NCBI GenBank assembly: GCA_964591485.1
Contig: CAZQDE010000004.1
Span: 3,150 to 67,149 of the forward strand
Origin: an uncultured Anaerolineaceae bacterium
Lineage (GTDB): Bacteria > Chloroflexota > Anaerolineae > Anaerolineales > E44-bin32
Direction of reading: 5' to 3'
DNA length: 64,000 nucleotides
Position 1 is the stretch's first letter. Each line of letters begins with the position of its first letter. Positions 1 to 11,083 of this stretch are shown here, piece after piece. The notes below the pieces were generated by a model that was given only the letters and a program-made list of their open reading frames with translations, ran no database searches and was not told the DNA's origin. A program made the position numbers and the translations under genes.

Positions 1-216
1 TCAAGGGCATGCTGGAACGAGCCTCCTTTCCGCATTGAATAAGATCTCGCTCATGACTATACCAGACCTGTCCGACTGCACCAACCTGCCGCATCCACAA
101 ATGTCGGCAGGGGCGACTCTCTCCCGGATCACCAGTTTGATGTACACTCGATAGTACAGCAGCCCTGCCAGCAGGTGTGGAAGACACCAAGCCATACACA
201 GGGCACGGAGGCATGT

Positions 217-1764
217 ATGAAGGAGAAGGATCGTCCCACCGCAGAGGGCATTCTTTTTACTGACGAATACCAACTCACCATGGCCCAGCTTTACTTCCGG
301 ATGGGCATGCATGAAACACCTGCGCTCTTTGAACACTTCTTCCGATCCTATCCGGCCTACGGCATGCACCAGGCCGGGTACTGTATAAACGCTGGGTTGG
401 AGTGGTTGCTGGATTGGATGTCCGAGGCGCACTTCCGCGAGGAGGACCTTTCCTATCTGCGGGGCCAGCGCGGCGCGGCCGGAACCCCCATCTTCCAGAA
501 GGATTTCCTTGAATGGCTACGCAAGAACGGCAGCTTCGAAGCCATCTCGTTGCAGGCCATCCCAGAAGGGCGCGTGGTGCACCCCAATGTGCCCCTGACT
601 GTGGTGGAGGGCCCGTTCGCCATGGCCCAAATCTTGGAAACCCCCCTGCTCAACCATCTTAATTACCAATCACTCGTGGCGACCAAGGCCTCCCGCATCC
701 GCGAGGCGGGTCGCGGCCAACTTCTGCTCGAATTCGGATTGCGGCGCGGCCAACACAAAGGGGCCAACGCCGGCGCACGCGCCGCGCTCATCGGCGGTGC
801 AGATTATTCCTCCAACGTGGGGATCTCCCATATCCTCGGCCTGCCCCCCAAGGGGACACATGCCCATAGCATGGTTCAGGCTTTCATCGCGCTGGGAGAG
901 AGCGAGTTGGCCGCCTTCCGTGCCTATGCAGAGGTCTACCCAGATGACTGCCTGCTCCTGGTGGATACGATCGATACGCTGGAGAGCGGGATCCCGAATG
1001 CCATCCGGGTATTCGAGGAGCTCCGCCGCAAGGGTCACCGGCCGGTGGGCATCCGGCTAGATTCAGGAGACCTGGCGCATCTGAGCATTCAGGCCGCCCG
1101 CATGCTCGACCAGGCTGGTTTTCCCGATACCAAAATCGTGCTCTCCAACCAATTGGATGAACTTGTAATCTGGCAGATCATCAGCCAGATCGAAGAGGAG
1201 GCGCCCCGATATGGCGTCGATCCCGATGCCCTCATCACTCGCTTAGTATACGGCGCAGGAACCCGGTTAATCACCTCCCGCGGCCAATCGGCCCTGGACG
1301 GCGTGTATAAGCTGGTCGGGATCTGCAAGGATGGCCATTGGGTCCCAGCGATAAAGATTTCCGAATCGATCGATAAGATCATCAATCCTGGCCACAAGCG
1401 CGCCTGGCGGCTGTATGACCGCCGGGGCATGGCCGACGCCGACTTGCTCAGCCTCGCGGATGAAGACCCACGCCAGATGCCTAAGGTCACGCTACGTCAT
1501 CCCTCCAAGCACTCCGCCTACCGCTCACTGAAGAAGGAAGAGATCTCGGAGGTTGAGCCATTGCTGGTGGAGGTCTTGCGGGATGGCCGGCTGGTCTATG
1601 AAATCCCCTCGCTGGATCAGATGCGCGCGCACCGCCAGGCCGATTTGGAGCGCCTGGATCCTGGCGTCCGGCGCATCATGAATCCCCACATCTACCATGT
1701 CTCGCTCACCCAGCGGCTCTGGGATCTGAAGCAGGAGCTCATCCAGGCACTCGATAACGGCTAG
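217..1764 (+). CDS. pncB: nicotinate phosphoribosyltransferase
   Basis: The translation [27 protein letters not shown]... and its length are typical of NAPRTase. GGAGG lies 6 nt upstream of the ATG at 217; the track start at 175 looks too early. Confidence 0.85.
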   Translation: MKEKDRPTAEGILFTDEYQLTMAQLYFRMGMHETPALFEHFFRSYPAYGMHQAGYCINAGLEWLLDWMSEAHFREEDLSYLRGQRGAAGTPIFQKDFLEWLRKNGSFEAISLQAIPEGRVVHPNVPLTVVEGPFAMAQILETPLLNHLNYQSLVATKASRIREAGRGQLLLEFGLRRGQHKGANAGARAALIGGADYSSNVGISHILGLPPKGTHAHSMVQAFIALGESELAAFRAYAEVYPDDCLLLVDTIDTLESGIPNAIRVFEELRRKGHRPVGIRLDSGDLAHLSIQAARMLDQAGFPDTKIVLSNQLDELVIWQIISQIEEEAPRYGVDPDALITRLVYGAGTRLITSRGQSALDGVYKLVGICKDGHWVPAIKISESIDKIINPGHKRAWRLYDRRGMADADLLSLADEDPRQMPKVTLRHPSKHSAYRSLKKEEISEVEPLLVEVLRDGRLVYEIPSLDQMRAHRQADLERLDPGVRRIMNPHIYHVSLTQRLWDLKQELIQALDNG

Positions 1765-1937
1765 TGCAACTAAAGCGACAATCACATTATGGAGCGGATG
1801 GCTGAAGAAGAAGTCAATGGCTCTCGATTCCACGCGGCGTTCGAAGCATGGCGCGCGATTGAAATCGCACTACAATTCTGGTTGTTTGGGCCTCTGCCCG
1901 CTCCCATCGCTTCATGCGAGCCAACGAAGGATTTACG

Positions 1938-2753
1938 ATGACCCTGGCCACGATTCAGTCCCTCCATCCTGTGCTGCAGGCCTTGCTCGCCACGCTGTTC
2001 ACATGGGGCCTCACCGCCGTCGGGGCGGCCACAGTTTTTTTCGCCACCCGGGTCGACCGCCGGCTGCTCGACGGCATGCTCGGGTTTGCTGCTGGCGTAA
2101 TGATCGCTGCCAGCTACTGGTCTCTGCTGGCGCCTGCGATCGAAATGTCCGCCGAGGGCTCCATGCCAAAGTGGCTCCCAGCGGTCTCGGGCTTTCTACT
2201 GGGTGGAGCTTTCTTGTGGCTGGCGGACCAGCTCCTGCCGCACATACACCCTAACATCGCCCGCCAGGCGCCGGAGGGCGTCAGCACCACCTGGCGCCGC
2301 AGCGTGTTGCTTGTGATGGCGGTGACGCTGCACAACTTTCCGGAGGGGCTCGCAGTCGGGGTTGCCTTCGGGGCTGTTGCTTATGGGCTCCCCTCCGCAA
2401 GCTTCTCGGGCGCCATCGCCCTGGCACTCGGCATCGGCCTACAAAACCTCCCGGAGGGCCTGGCGATATCCATGCCGCTTCGCGGAGAGGGCTTGTCCCG
2501 GCTGAAGAGCTTCTGGTATGGCCAGCTCTCCGCCGTGGTCGAGCCCATCGCAGGCGTCATCGGGGCCGCAGCGGTGTTGGTCGCCCGCCCGCTCCTGCCA
2601 TATGCACTGAGCTTCGCGGCCGGCGCCATGATCTACGTGGTGGTCGAGGAGCTCGTCCCCGCTTCGCACGACTCGGGCAATGAAGACCTGGCCACCATGT
2701 CAGCCATGCTCGGCTTTGCGGTCATGATGTTGCTCGATGTGGCTTTTGTCTGA
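1938..2753 (+). CDS. ZIP family divalent metal transporter (ZupT/GufA-like)
   Basis: Multi-TM protein with the [10 protein letters not shown] and [12 protein letters not shown] signature helices. The ATG at 1938 (MTLATIQ) is preferred over the track start. Confidence 0.8.
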   Translation: MTLATIQSLHPVLQALLATLFTWGLTAVGAATVFFATRVDRRLLDGMLGFAAGVMIAASYWSLLAPAIEMSAEGSMPKWLPAVSGFLLGGAFLWLADQLLPHIHPNIARQAPEGVSTTWRRSVLLVMAVTLHNFPEGLAVGVAFGAVAYGLPSASFSGAIALALGIGLQNLPEGLAISMPLRGEGLSRLKSFWYGQLSAVVEPIAGVIGAAAVLVARPLLPYALSFAAGAMIYVVVEELVPASHDSGNEDLATMSAMLGFAVMMLLDVAFV

Positions 2754-3158
2754 ATGCCAGCATATTCGCCTGCCGCACCCTTCGATCCAGGCACGCGCGC
2801 ATCTGCAGACCACCCTCCGGCCCTGACCCAGCCCGCACAGGCTCTGATTGAACCCCGCCATGCAAAGCGGAGTAAAAGGCATGGGCGCTCACTCGTGCCT
2901 CCTGCCTATATGCAATAGGGAAGTCGTAGCGTGAGAGATGGAAGATCGGCCATTTTCCTTAAGGATTTATTAATCGATTCGGTGTAGAATATACATACGC
3001 AAGATCAGAGAATTCAAAGATCTGCCATTGCGCCGCCTTCCCCCGCCTGGAATGCTCCTGCTTGCATAGTCGTACGGGCAGCCAGAGAGTGTGATGGGGC
3101 ATCTGAACCAGATGCGGGGGTTGCGTGCTGCAAGAAACCGGCACCGGGAGAGTTCGGG

Positions 3159-4373
3159 ATGGTAAAAGCGGACGAGACCACATTCGAATCCTTCTCCGAG
3201 GATGAGCTGCGCACCATCAAGGAACTGGTACAGCTGGGTGAGCAGCAGGGCTTCGTGACATATGAAGACATCCTTGCTCAGTTTCCGGAATCCGAAGCCT
3301 CCATTCCGGTGATCGAGCGCGTCTACGACGCCCTCATGGTGGCGGGCGTCGAGCTCATCGATGAAGATGAGATCACCGCTAAGGAGGCGGATCTGCCCTC
3401 CAACCATAGCCCCCACGAGGAAGAGGAGAATGGCAGCGCCGAAGTCAGCGCCATCGACGCCATCGACACCGGCGACACCGTCGGCCTCTATCTGAGCCAG
3501 GTGGGGCGGGTTCCGTTGCTCACGCGCGATGAGGAGGTGGATCTGGCCAAGCGGATTGAGCGTGGCCGCAACGCCCGGCGCGAACTGGCCAGCCAAACCG
3601 TTTCTGCGGCGCGCAGGGCCAAGCTGAAAGCCTGGATCGAGGACGGCATGGCTGCCCGTGAGCACCTGATCATGGCCAACTCGCGGTTGGTCATCAGCGT
3701 GGCGAAGAAATACGTCGGCCGCGGCGTGCCCATGCTCGACCTCATCCAGGAAGGCCATGTCGGCCTGATGCGGGCCGTCAAGAAATTCGATTACCGCCGG
3801 GGCCACAAATTCTCAACCTACGCCACCTGGTGGATCCGCCAGGCCGTCACGCGGCTCGTCGCCGACCACGGCCGCACGATCCGCATCCCCGTCCACATGG
3901 GTGACCGCATCAACCGCCTGCTGCGCACGCGGCACCGCCTTACGCAGGAACTGGGCCGCGATCCCAATCGCGAGGAGCTGGCCGAAAGTCTAGGCGTCAC
4001 GCCACAGGACGTGGATTATATGTTGCGGGTGGCTCAGCGTCCGCTTTCCCTCGAGCGGCCCACCGAGATGGACAGCGATGCGGTGATCGGGGATTTCATC
4101 GAGGATGAGGAATCGCCTGCTCCGGAAGAGATCACCGTGCAGGAGATCCTCGAGGAGCGCGTGCACGCGATGCTCGAAATGCTCCCCCATCGGGAAGCAC
4201 TCGTCCTCAAGCTGCGCTATGGCCTCGAAAACGGCAGAGTCCACACCTTGAAGGAGATCGGCCAGAAGATGGGCATCACTCGCGAGCGCGTTCGCCAGAT
4301 CGAGGCCCAGGCTTTACGGCGGCTCAGACATCCGGGTTTGCGAAGAGAGCTGGTTGATTTTGTGCGGACCTGA
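3159..4373 (+). CDS. rpoD: primary RNA polymerase sigma-70 factor
   Basis: Contains region 2 ([28 protein letters not shown]), region 3 and the region 4 HTH ([20 protein letters not shown]). The acidic N-terminus resembles region 1.1. Confidence 0.9.
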   Translation: MVKADETTFESFSEDELRTIKELVQLGEQQGFVTYEDILAQFPESEASIPVIERVYDALMVAGVELIDEDEITAKEADLPSNHSPHEEEENGSAEVSAIDAIDTGDTVGLYLSQVGRVPLLTRDEEVDLAKRIERGRNARRELASQTVSAARRAKLKAWIEDGMAAREHLIMANSRLVISVAKKYVGRGVPMLDLIQEGHVGLMRAVKKFDYRRGHKFSTYATWWIRQAVTRLVADHGRTIRIPVHMGDRINRLLRTRHRLTQELGRDPNREELAESLGVTPQDVDYMLRVAQRPLSLERPTEMDSDAVIGDFIEDEESPAPEEITVQEILEERVHAMLEMLPHREALVLKLRYGLENGRVHTLKEIGQKMGITRERVRQIEAQALRRLRHPGLRRELVDFVRT

Positions 4374-4401
4374 GCATGAACACATACGCTAACCTCAGGT
4401 T

Positions 4402-4428
4402 GGCGCCACCGCGGGTCTCGGTGGCGCC
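4402..4428 (+). terminator. GC-rich hairpin downstream of rpoD
   Basis: Perfect 10-bp stem GGCGCCACCG / CGGTGGCGCC with a 7-nt loop, 29 nt after the rpoD stop. No clean U-tract follows. Confidence 0.4.
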
Positions 4429-4487
4429 GCTTGCTATACGGACAAAGGAGACCACCGACCACCTCGACGAGCCAGTTAAAGGCAGAT

Positions 4488-5012
4488 ATGAAAAATAGCA
4501 AAGCTGATAACCGATCCCACCTCCTCCGCAAGGGCGATTGGGTTGTGCATCATCAATATGGGCCAGGCCGGGTCGTGGGGCGTGAGAAGAAGCTTATCGA
4601 GGGTGTGCCGCTTCACTGTTACCGCATCGAGACATCCAACAGCATCCTGTGGCTCCCCGAGGACTCTGAGTTCAAATCCCGCATTCGTCCGATCGCCTCC
4701 CCAACAACAATGCGGAAAGCCATCCGCATTCTCAAGGGGCCTGCAGACCCCATGCAGTCGGCCTTCCACAAGCGCAGGCAGCGCATCCGGGACGACTCGC
4801 TGGATGGTTCACTGATAAGCACGGCCACCCTAATCCGCGATCTTTGCGGGCGAAAGGGGCGCCGATCGCTCAACGAGAACGAGATGCGCAGCCTTCAGCG
4901 GCTGAGCGATCGGTTCATCCTCGAGTGGTCCTTGAGCCTCGGTTTGCCCCTTGAGGAGGCGCGGCAGGCATTCAACGCCCTAATCCTTGAGGTGCAAGCG
5001 AAGGAGCCATAG
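4488..5012 (+). CDS. CarD/CdnL/TRCF-family RNA polymerase-binding regulator
   Basis: N-terminal KGDWVVHHQYGPGRVVGREKKLIEGVPLHCYRIE...LWLP matches the CarD_CdnL_TRCF domain. ATG at 4488. Confidence 0.7.
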   Translation: MKNSKADNRSHLLRKGDWVVHHQYGPGRVVGREKKLIEGVPLHCYRIETSNSILWLPEDSEFKSRIRPIASPTTMRKAIRILKGPADPMQSAFHKRRQRIRDDSLDGSLISTATLIRDLCGRKGRRSLNENEMRSLQRLSDRFILEWSLSLGLPLEEARQAFNALILEVQAKEP

Positions 5013-5032
5013 CCACCCTCAGAGGTCTCCTG

Positions 5033-5062
5033 CCCGGCGGCGCGGCCATTCTCCCCGCCGGG
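5033..5062. terminator. hairpin between convergent genes
   Basis: CCCGGCGG (5033-5040) pairs with CCGCCGGG (5055-5062). It lies between the carD-like stop and the stop of the minus-strand DUF4129 gene. Confidence 0.35.
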
Positions 5063-5079
5063 TGAGAGCTTTCCCAGCC

Positions 5080-6612
5080 TCAGGAGGACACTGCTGTGTG
5101 CATCCTCCCCAACTCGCGCCGGAGCCGCCTCCCCTCCCGTTTCAGAACCTCCCAGGCCCGCTGCACTTCCCGCACTTCTTCCAGCGCCTCGGGATACTCG
5201 CCATAGCGCACCCGAACATATGCCCTTGTAATCAGGCGGGCTTGACTTTCGTGGCCCTGGAAGAGAGCTTCCAACTTGGGCAGGAATTCAATTGGCGTTT
5301 CCATCGGCAGTCGCGGCTTCCCCAACCGCTCACAAAGGCGCATCAATCGAGCATAGAGCACGCGAATGTGGAGAGCCGCAAGCAGCCCTCGCCGCCGTCT
5401 CACCGCTTCCCAGCTCTCCCGAATCCGGCTCGCGCCCAATGCCAGCGACCGATCCAGCCAGGACCTGCCGGACCGCTCCCCCCGCAATCGCTCTTCTTCG
5501 CGCCGAATCGGGGCGCGTTCCTTTTGCCTTCGCTGTCTCCAGAGGTACCAGGCCAGCCCCACCCCGATAGCAGCCATGATTCCCCAAAGGAGAAAAGGCT
5601 TCCATCGCAGCAGGCTCGGGATCCATCGCCAAAAGCGCTCAAGCAGATTTCCCAGCATATCCAAGACCGACTGGAAGACCTGGATCAACCGCGCCAGGGA
5701 TTCGCCCAAGAACTCGAAGAAGGGCAAATCCGCCAGCCGCAGCTCGATCCAAGGAGCCAACAGCGCCACGAGCAACACCAGCGGCGCGATGAAAAGCAAA
5801 CTGAGGTAGGCCAAAATGCGGATTAGCAGGACGAAGGCCAATGCCACCGGACCCGCAAGGGTTCCGCTGGCCAGCCTTCCAAGGGCGCTTGCGCCCTCCA
5901 CCAGGCCTGCCGCCGCCAGCGCTGGCCCCACGACCCACGCCAGCTGGAAGGCCAATTGGCTGCCGCCCCGCAAATATCCCAGGATCGAGGCCCTGGCGGT
6001 CATCAATGCCATCAACCCTGCAAATAGGAACAAAACGGCCGCAGGCGCCCATGGTTCCGCCAATGCAAGCGCCGTGACCGCCCCAAGCAGCAACATCATG
6101 ACAGTCCCCCACTGGAAATGCCGAAGCACAACCTTAGGCCCGATCCAGAGCCCAGCGATGCCCACGCCTCGCAGCCAAACAAAGGCGGCCAGCATGAACA
6201 CCAGCAAATCTGGAGGCAAGTAGCGATCCTGATCGGCAAGAGCACTTTGCATGTTGACCAACATATCCCCCCATGTCAGTGCCTTGCCCGGATATTGAAA
6301 CAGCTTGAGGGCCAGCAAGAAGCTCAGCGGAAAGAACACCAGAAGCCCAATTCGCCGCCACAACGCCGGCATGGCGCGCAACAGGCTGATCCGCGCTGCG
6401 GCATAGATGGCGGCCAGCAGGCCGAATACAAGGCCAAAGGCTTGAAAGATCCCCAGCTCGCGCGCACGCGGCAAGAAATGCAGGCTCCAGGCTGCCAGCC
6501 AACTGGCATCCATGAGCAACAGGAGCAGGGCGCTGGATTCCCGCCAGGGGCGCCTGGCCGCTTGGCCTGGCGTTCCTTTCCTGCGCAGCTCACCGCTGCC
6601 GGTATCCATCAT
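5080..6612 (-). CDS. polytopic membrane protein with C-terminal DUF4129 domain
   Basis: Many TM helices, then a C-terminal ETPIEFLPKLEALF...ITRAYVRVRYGEYPEALEE block typical of DUF4129. Last gene of the MoxR operon. Confidence 0.65.
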   Translation of the reverse strand: MMDTGSGELRRKGTPGQAARRPWRESSALLLLLMDASWLAAWSLHFLPRARELGIFQAFGLVFGLLAAIYAAARISLLRAMPALWRRIGLLVFFPLSFLLALKLFQYPGKALTWGDMLVNMQSALADQDRYLPPDLLVFMLAAFVWLRGVGIAGLWIGPKVVLRHFQWGTVMMLLLGAVTALALAEPWAPAAVLFLFAGLMALMTARASILGYLRGGSQLAFQLAWVVGPALAAAGLVEGASALGRLASGTLAGPVALAFVLLIRILAYLSLLFIAPLVLLVALLAPWIELRLADLPFFEFLGESLARLIQVFQSVLDMLGNLLERFWRWIPSLLRWKPFLLWGIMAAIGVGLAWYLWRQRRQKERAPIRREEERLRGERSGRSWLDRSLALGASRIRESWEAVRRRRGLLAALHIRVLYARLMRLCERLGKPRLPMETPIEFLPKLEALFQGHESQARLITRAYVRVRYGEYPEALEEVREVQRAWEVLKREGRRLRRELGRMHTAVSS

Positions 6613-6703
6613 CTCAGCCCCTCACCTGATCCCGCCGGCAGAAGAACAAAGCTGACTTGCTTCCCCCCAAGTCCCCTGCACTCCTGGACTTTGGATCACC
6701 GTG

Positions 6704-8215
6704 CTATCGCGCCGATCGGGCGTCCATCCGCCGGATTCGCCGCCAGGCCTCGGCGACGGCCTGGATCTCCTTGCGCGTCTCGGGATAGGCTCCATAGCGG
6801 ACTTTGAGGTAGGCCCGTGTAATGGTCCGGAGCTCAGCCTCTCCCGCCGGGAAGAGCTCGCGCAACTGGGGCAGGAACTCCAGGGGCGTGAGGGAAGGCT
6901 CGCGGGGGACACCCAACCGGGTACTCCGTTGGAGCAATTGCGCATAGATCCGCCGCACCCGCGCCGCAGCCAGCGCACGCGCCGCTGGGCTCAGCCTCGT
7001 CCCACCCCCCGTCGCCCCCGTGACGCCCTGCCACAGTGAACGAAGGAAGGCCCGGAAGCCAGTTTGCGTTTCCCTCATCTCGCCAGCGAGCGGATTCGGG
7101 CTGCTTTGCCAGACTCGCCGTCGTCGCAAAGCCAGGCCAACGCCAAGCGCCAGGGCCGCCAGAGCCAAAGCGATCAGCAGCGCGTTGAGCGCCGATGCTA
7201 GCGTCTGGCCCCAGGGCACCGGCTCCACGTCCGATATGAGGCTCTGCACGCCACCCCGGAGAACGGTCGGGTCAAGCAGGGTCTGGGGAAACTCCGGGGC
7301 CTCTTCCAGCATGGGCGAGATCCGGCTCCAGATCCACGCCAGGCCACGGAAAATCAACATCAGCAAAGGCTGCAGCAGGATCCCCACCACACCCACCAGC
7401 CAGGCAGCGATGAGGGCGAATATGGCCCCGATCAGCGCAGACAGGGGGGCGCCCACCAAAACGGCCAGTGCCAAGGAGACCGAGACCAGCGCGCCCGCGG
7501 CGATGACCACACTCCCGCCCCAGGTCCGGCTCAACGGCAAAGCCCGGCCGCCGCGCACACGGCTTTGTGCTGAGAGGCGCGCCGCGCCCATAGCCAGGAG
7601 CCCGGCGAGCAGGAAGGTGAGCATTTCGCCCGTGGGCAAGGCTCTCCCCAGGCTGGCACCAGCCAGGCCAATGCCCAGCAAGAGCAGCAGCCCGCGCTGG
7701 AACTCGCGCTGGACTCTACGCGGCCCTGCCCAGTGGCGTGCGAGCGTGATCCCCTGCATCCATAAGAGAATGACTGCGAGCGTGAGATAGAATGCCGGCC
7801 GCAATAGGAAGGTCAAATCCGCAAAATTGCGCAAGAAGCGCAGGGCCAGCCCGCCGGGTGCGGCCAGCGAGCCCGGGTACAACAGGATCCCTGCATGCAG
7901 ATAGATCCATACCGCCAGGGTGCCCAAGAACAGGAAGCGCTCCGCAGAAGCGTTCAGCCGCAACGCCTCGACCAGCCGCTCCACGCCGAAGGCGCTCAGG
8001 CCAACGGCGAAAAAGAGCGCCCCGGCAATCACGAAACCGGCCGCTGCCTGCACCCCTGCAGCCATCACGTAGGCCGCCGACACCCAGCTCGCCGTCATGC
8101 CCAGCATCATGCAGGCCGTGAGGGCTTGCCAGCGTGCCCGATGCGGGCTTTGCGCTGATGCTTCCTGCGTAGAAGGATCCAGAAGGCTATTGCCCAGTGT
8201 GTGCTCAGCCTGCAT
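6704..8215 (-). CDS. polytopic membrane protein with C-terminal DUF4129 domain (paralogue)
   Basis: Same architecture as the neighbouring gene, with C-terminal LTPLEFLPQLRELF...ITRAYLKVRYGAYPETRKE. The start is ambiguous (8254 or 8215) and overlaps the end of the DUF58 gene. Confidence 0.65.
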   Translation of the reverse strand: MQAEHTLGNSLLDPSTQEASAQSPHRARWQALTACMMLGMTASWVSAAYVMAAGVQAAAGFVIAGALFFAVGLSAFGVERLVEALRLNASAERFLFLGTLAVWIYLHAGILLYPGSLAAPGGLALRFLRNFADLTFLLRPAFYLTLAVILLWMQGITLARHWAGPRRVQREFQRGLLLLLGIGLAGASLGRALPTGEMLTFLLAGLLAMGAARLSAQSRVRGGRALPLSRTWGGSVVIAAGALVSVSLALAVLVGAPLSALIGAIFALIAAWLVGVVGILLQPLLMLIFRGLAWIWSRISPMLEEAPEFPQTLLDPTVLRGGVQSLISDVEPVPWGQTLASALNALLIALALAALALGVGLALRRRRVWQSSPNPLAGEMRETQTGFRAFLRSLWQGVTGATGGGTRLSPAARALAAARVRRIYAQLLQRSTRLGVPREPSLTPLEFLPQLRELFPAGEAELRTITRAYLKVRYGAYPETRKEIQAVAEAWRRIRRMDARSAR

Positions 8216-9431
8216 GCAAGCCCCCTTCGGCCGGCTCAAGATCGGCCTCTTCAAACGGCCGGTGGATGCTCAAGATGCCCGGAACCTCCTGGGGCGATCG
8301 CTGGGCCAAGCTCAGCAGAGTGATCCGGCGGTTGTAGCGCTTAATCTCTGCCAACGTGTTCATCAGTTCGGGCGGCGTTACGGCCGTGACCACCATCAGG
8401 CTGGCACCATAGGGTACCTTCGGCATCTCCCGCAGCAGGAACGTCTCGAAGGGCGTCATGACCATCGGGGTGATGCCGGCCAGGGCTTCGAAAAGTCGGC
8501 CAAGCTGCTTGGGTGAACGGCTGGGGGCGATTTTCAAAGGCCGGTCGGCATGGGCCAAGCAGCCATTCGAGAGCAGCCCCACCTGATGCCCTTCCTGGAT
8601 GGCGCGGTAGATCATGGTAGCGGCGGTGCTGATCACATGCTCCAGCAGCTCCGGGTAGACGCCTTCCCAATGGCGGTCGAATGTGCTCGTGTTCAGACAG
8701 ACCATCGTCACCTGGGCAGTCGTGGGCTGGTAGATTTTCACCTGCAACTGACCCGTACGGGCGGTGGCCGGCCAGTGGATATCCCGGAAGCCGTCCTCCG
8801 GCCGGTATTCCCGGATGCCCATCGGCATGGTCGGATCCTCGAAGATCCGCCGCCGCGAGCGCACATCACCGTAGGGATCCTCTGCCGGAAGCTCGAGCCT
8901 CTCCATGGGAAGAAGGGGCGGGAAGACGGCCACATAATCATCCGAGGGGTCCTCGCGGGAAATCTCGTACATCCCGAACACATCCCCGCTCTCGAGCCGG
9001 GCGGGGCCCAGCCGGTAAAGACCGCGTTTGCGCAGCAAGAGGCGGTACTCCCGCCGAGCGGTCTCAAACCATCTCAGGGCGAACACATTCGTCAGCAAAG
9101 CTTGATCCGGTAGATGTGAGGGTGCCAGGACAGTCTCGTCCTCAGGGGCGACAGCCAGCGGCCAGGGGTCCTCCACCCGCAGCCAGGAGAGCGGGAGCGG
9201 CTTCTGGTTCTCGACCTCAATCTGGAGTGGGATCCGTTCTCCCGGAAAGCCGCGCCGGTAATGCAGGCGCCGGCGATAGGAGACGCCGTCCAGGGCATGC
9301 CGCCGCCACAAGGAGACCGCTCCGATCAGGATGCCCAGCGTTGCGGAAAATGTCGTCAGAAACGGCACCTGCAAGAGGGCGCCGAGCAGAAAGATGCCCG
9401 CCAGGAGGGGAAGCCAGCGCTCCGGCTCCAT
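8205..9431 (-). CDS. DUF58 domain protein (vWA-like MoxR partner)
   Basis: Two N-terminal TM helices and the DUF58 signature REYRPEDGFRDIHWPATARTGQLQVKIYQ. Its start lies 1 nt after the MoxR stop. Confidence 0.8.
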   Translation of the reverse strand: MEPERWLPLLAGIFLLGALLQVPFLTTFSATLGILIGAVSLWRRHALDGVSYRRRLHYRRGFPGERIPLQIEVENQKPLPLSWLRVEDPWPLAVAPEDETVLAPSHLPDQALLTNVFALRWFETARREYRLLLRKRGLYRLGPARLESGDVFGMYEISREDPSDDYVAVFPPLLPMERLELPAEDPYGDVRSRRRIFEDPTMPMGIREYRPEDGFRDIHWPATARTGQLQVKIYQPTTAQVTMVCLNTSTFDRHWEGVYPELLEHVISTAATMIYRAIQEGHQVGLLSNGCLAHADRPLKIAPSRSPKQLGRLFEALAGITPMVMTPFETFLLREMPKVPYGASLMVVTAVTPPELMNTLAEIKRYNRRITLLSLAQRSPQEVPGILSIHRPFEEADLEPAEGGLHAG

Positions 9432-9432
9432 A

Positions 9433-10386
9433 TTATTCCTCGACGGGGACCGGCACCGAGTTGACGATATCCGCCACCAGTTCTTCAGGGCTACGGCCCC
9501 GTAGTTGTGCCTGCGGGGAGATCATCAGCCGGTGCATCAGCACGTGAGGCGCCATGAACTTGACATCATCCGGCAAGACATATTCACGCCCCTGGATGGC
9601 GGCCCATGCCTGCGAGGCCTGGTAGAGCGCCAGCGTGGCCCGCGGGCTTGCGCCCAATTCGATCTCCCCATGTTGCCGGGTGGCGCGCGCCACCTCGACC
9701 ACATAATTGCGAACCGAGGCCTCCACGCGGATCTCCTGGCGCGCCCGGATGAGCGCCAGAATCTCCTCGGGCGTGGTCACCGGCTCGAGTACCTCCAGCG
9801 GATCTTCCGTCCGGAACCGCTCCAGGATGGCGTTCTCCTCCTCGGCGCTGGGATAGCCAATTTGCACACATAGCAGAAAGCGGTCGATCTGGGCCTCGGG
9901 CAGCGGGAAGGTGCCCTCCAACTCGACCGGGTTCTGAGTGGCGAGCACCAAGAAGGGGCGCGGCTGGGGCCGGGTGATGCCGTCCACAGTGACCTGGCGC
10001 TCCTGCATCGCTTCCAGCAGGGCCGATTGGGTGCGCGGGGTCGCCCGGTTGATCTCATCCGCCAACAGAACCTGGCTCATCACAGGGCCGGGACGGAATT
10101 CGAACTCCTGTGTCTTCTGATTGAACCAATTCAAGCCGGTGACATCGGAGGGTAGCAAATCAGGCGTGAACTGGATCCGGCGGAAGCTGCAGCCGAGTGA
10201 TCGCGCCAGTGCTCGCGCCATCGTGGTCTTCCCAATGCCAGGCACGTCTTCAATCAGAACATGACCCTCGCAAAGCACTGCGACCATCCCCAATTGGATT
10301 GGCTCGTCCCTGCCGACGATCACCCGCTGGACATTCTCCTGAAGCCGTCGCGCTACTCCTGCAATCCTTTCCAAGGCAAGCTCCAT
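9433..10386 (-). CDS. MoxR-family AAA+ ATPase
   Basis: Walker A GIGKTT, Walker B LLADEINR, and the typical MoxR length and C-terminal lid. Confidence 0.9.
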   Translation of the reverse strand: MELALERIAGVARRLQENVQRVIVGRDEPIQLGMVAVLCEGHVLIEDVPGIGKTTMARALARSLGCSFRRIQFTPDLLPSDVTGLNWFNQKTQEFEFRPGPVMSQVLLADEINRATPRTQSALLEAMQERQVTVDGITRPQPRPFLVLATQNPVELEGTFPLPEAQIDRFLLCVQIGYPSAEEENAILERFRTEDPLEVLEPVTTPEEILALIRARQEIRVEASVRNYVVEVARATRQHGEIELGASPRATLALYQASQAWAAIQGREYVLPDDVKFMAPHVLMHRLMISPQAQLRGRSPEELVADIVNSVPVPVEE

Positions 10387-10503
10387 CTCGGCGATTCGGC
10401 ATACACTATACCAGACGGCCAGGCAAGTTGTTCATCCGCTTTCCTCCTCCGATCCCGCACGTGTACACCCTCGCGGGCCTTATCGTTCGATTGGAATGTA
10501 CCC

Positions 10504-11082
10504 ATGTGGAGCACATCCCTCGCGTGGCTGAAGGACCGCAGCCGCTGGGCTATCCTGATAGCCGCCGTGGCGCTATTGGGCGCCGCCTGGACCGCAGTCT
10601 CCAGCGCCTCACCGCAGGAGACGGCCCAGGGGCGGATCCCCGGTCCTCGCCAGGGCTTCCTGGCCCCGGAATTCGAGCTCGAGTTGCTCGGCGGGGGGTC
10701 CTTCGTGCTCTCGGAGATGCGCGGCTCCCCCCTCACCCTCAACCTATGGGCTTCATGGTGCCCTCCTTGCCGCCGCGAGATGCCGGCGCTCGATGCGGTC
10801 TACGCCGAATACCAGGATCAGCATCTGCAGGTCGTGGGCGTGAACATGACAGCTCAGGATAGCGAGCGCGCCGCGATCGAGTTCGTGCGCGCCATGGGAT
10901 TGCGCTTTCCCATCGCTCTGGATCGGGAGGGGCGTGTGGCGCGCCTTTACCAGATGCGGGCCCTCCCCACAACGTTCTTCATAGATACGCAGGGCGTGGT
11001 CCAGCGGGTCATCGTTGGCGGGCCAATGAGCGAACTCACGTTGCGCAGCGAGATCGAAGCCTTGCTCGCGGCGGTGGATTGA
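10504..11082 (+). CDS. TlpA/ResA-like membrane-anchored thiol:disulfide oxidoreductase
   Basis: Signal anchor followed by a thioredoxin fold with WASWCPPCRREMP. ATG at 10504. Confidence 0.8.
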   Translation: MWSTSLAWLKDRSRWAILIAAVALLGAAWTAVSSASPQETAQGRIPGPRQGFLAPEFELELLGGGSFVLSEMRGSPLTLNLWASWCPPCRREMPALDAVYAEYQDQHLQVVGVNMTAQDSERAAIEFVRAMGLRFPIALDREGRVARLYQMRALPTTFFIDTQGVVQRVIVGGPMSELTLRSEIEALLAAVD

Positions 11083-11083
11083 G

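Noticed and set aside
1-432. 143-aa minus-strand ORF at the window start
   Set aside because: Most of it is antisense to pncB. Only about 17 codons (from the ATG near 53) could belong to a real upstream gene, too little to call.
4668-4680. tRNA T-loop-like string GAGTTCAAATCCC
   Set aside because: It sits inside the well-supported carD-like coding frame. No acceptor, D or anticodon stems can be drawn around it.
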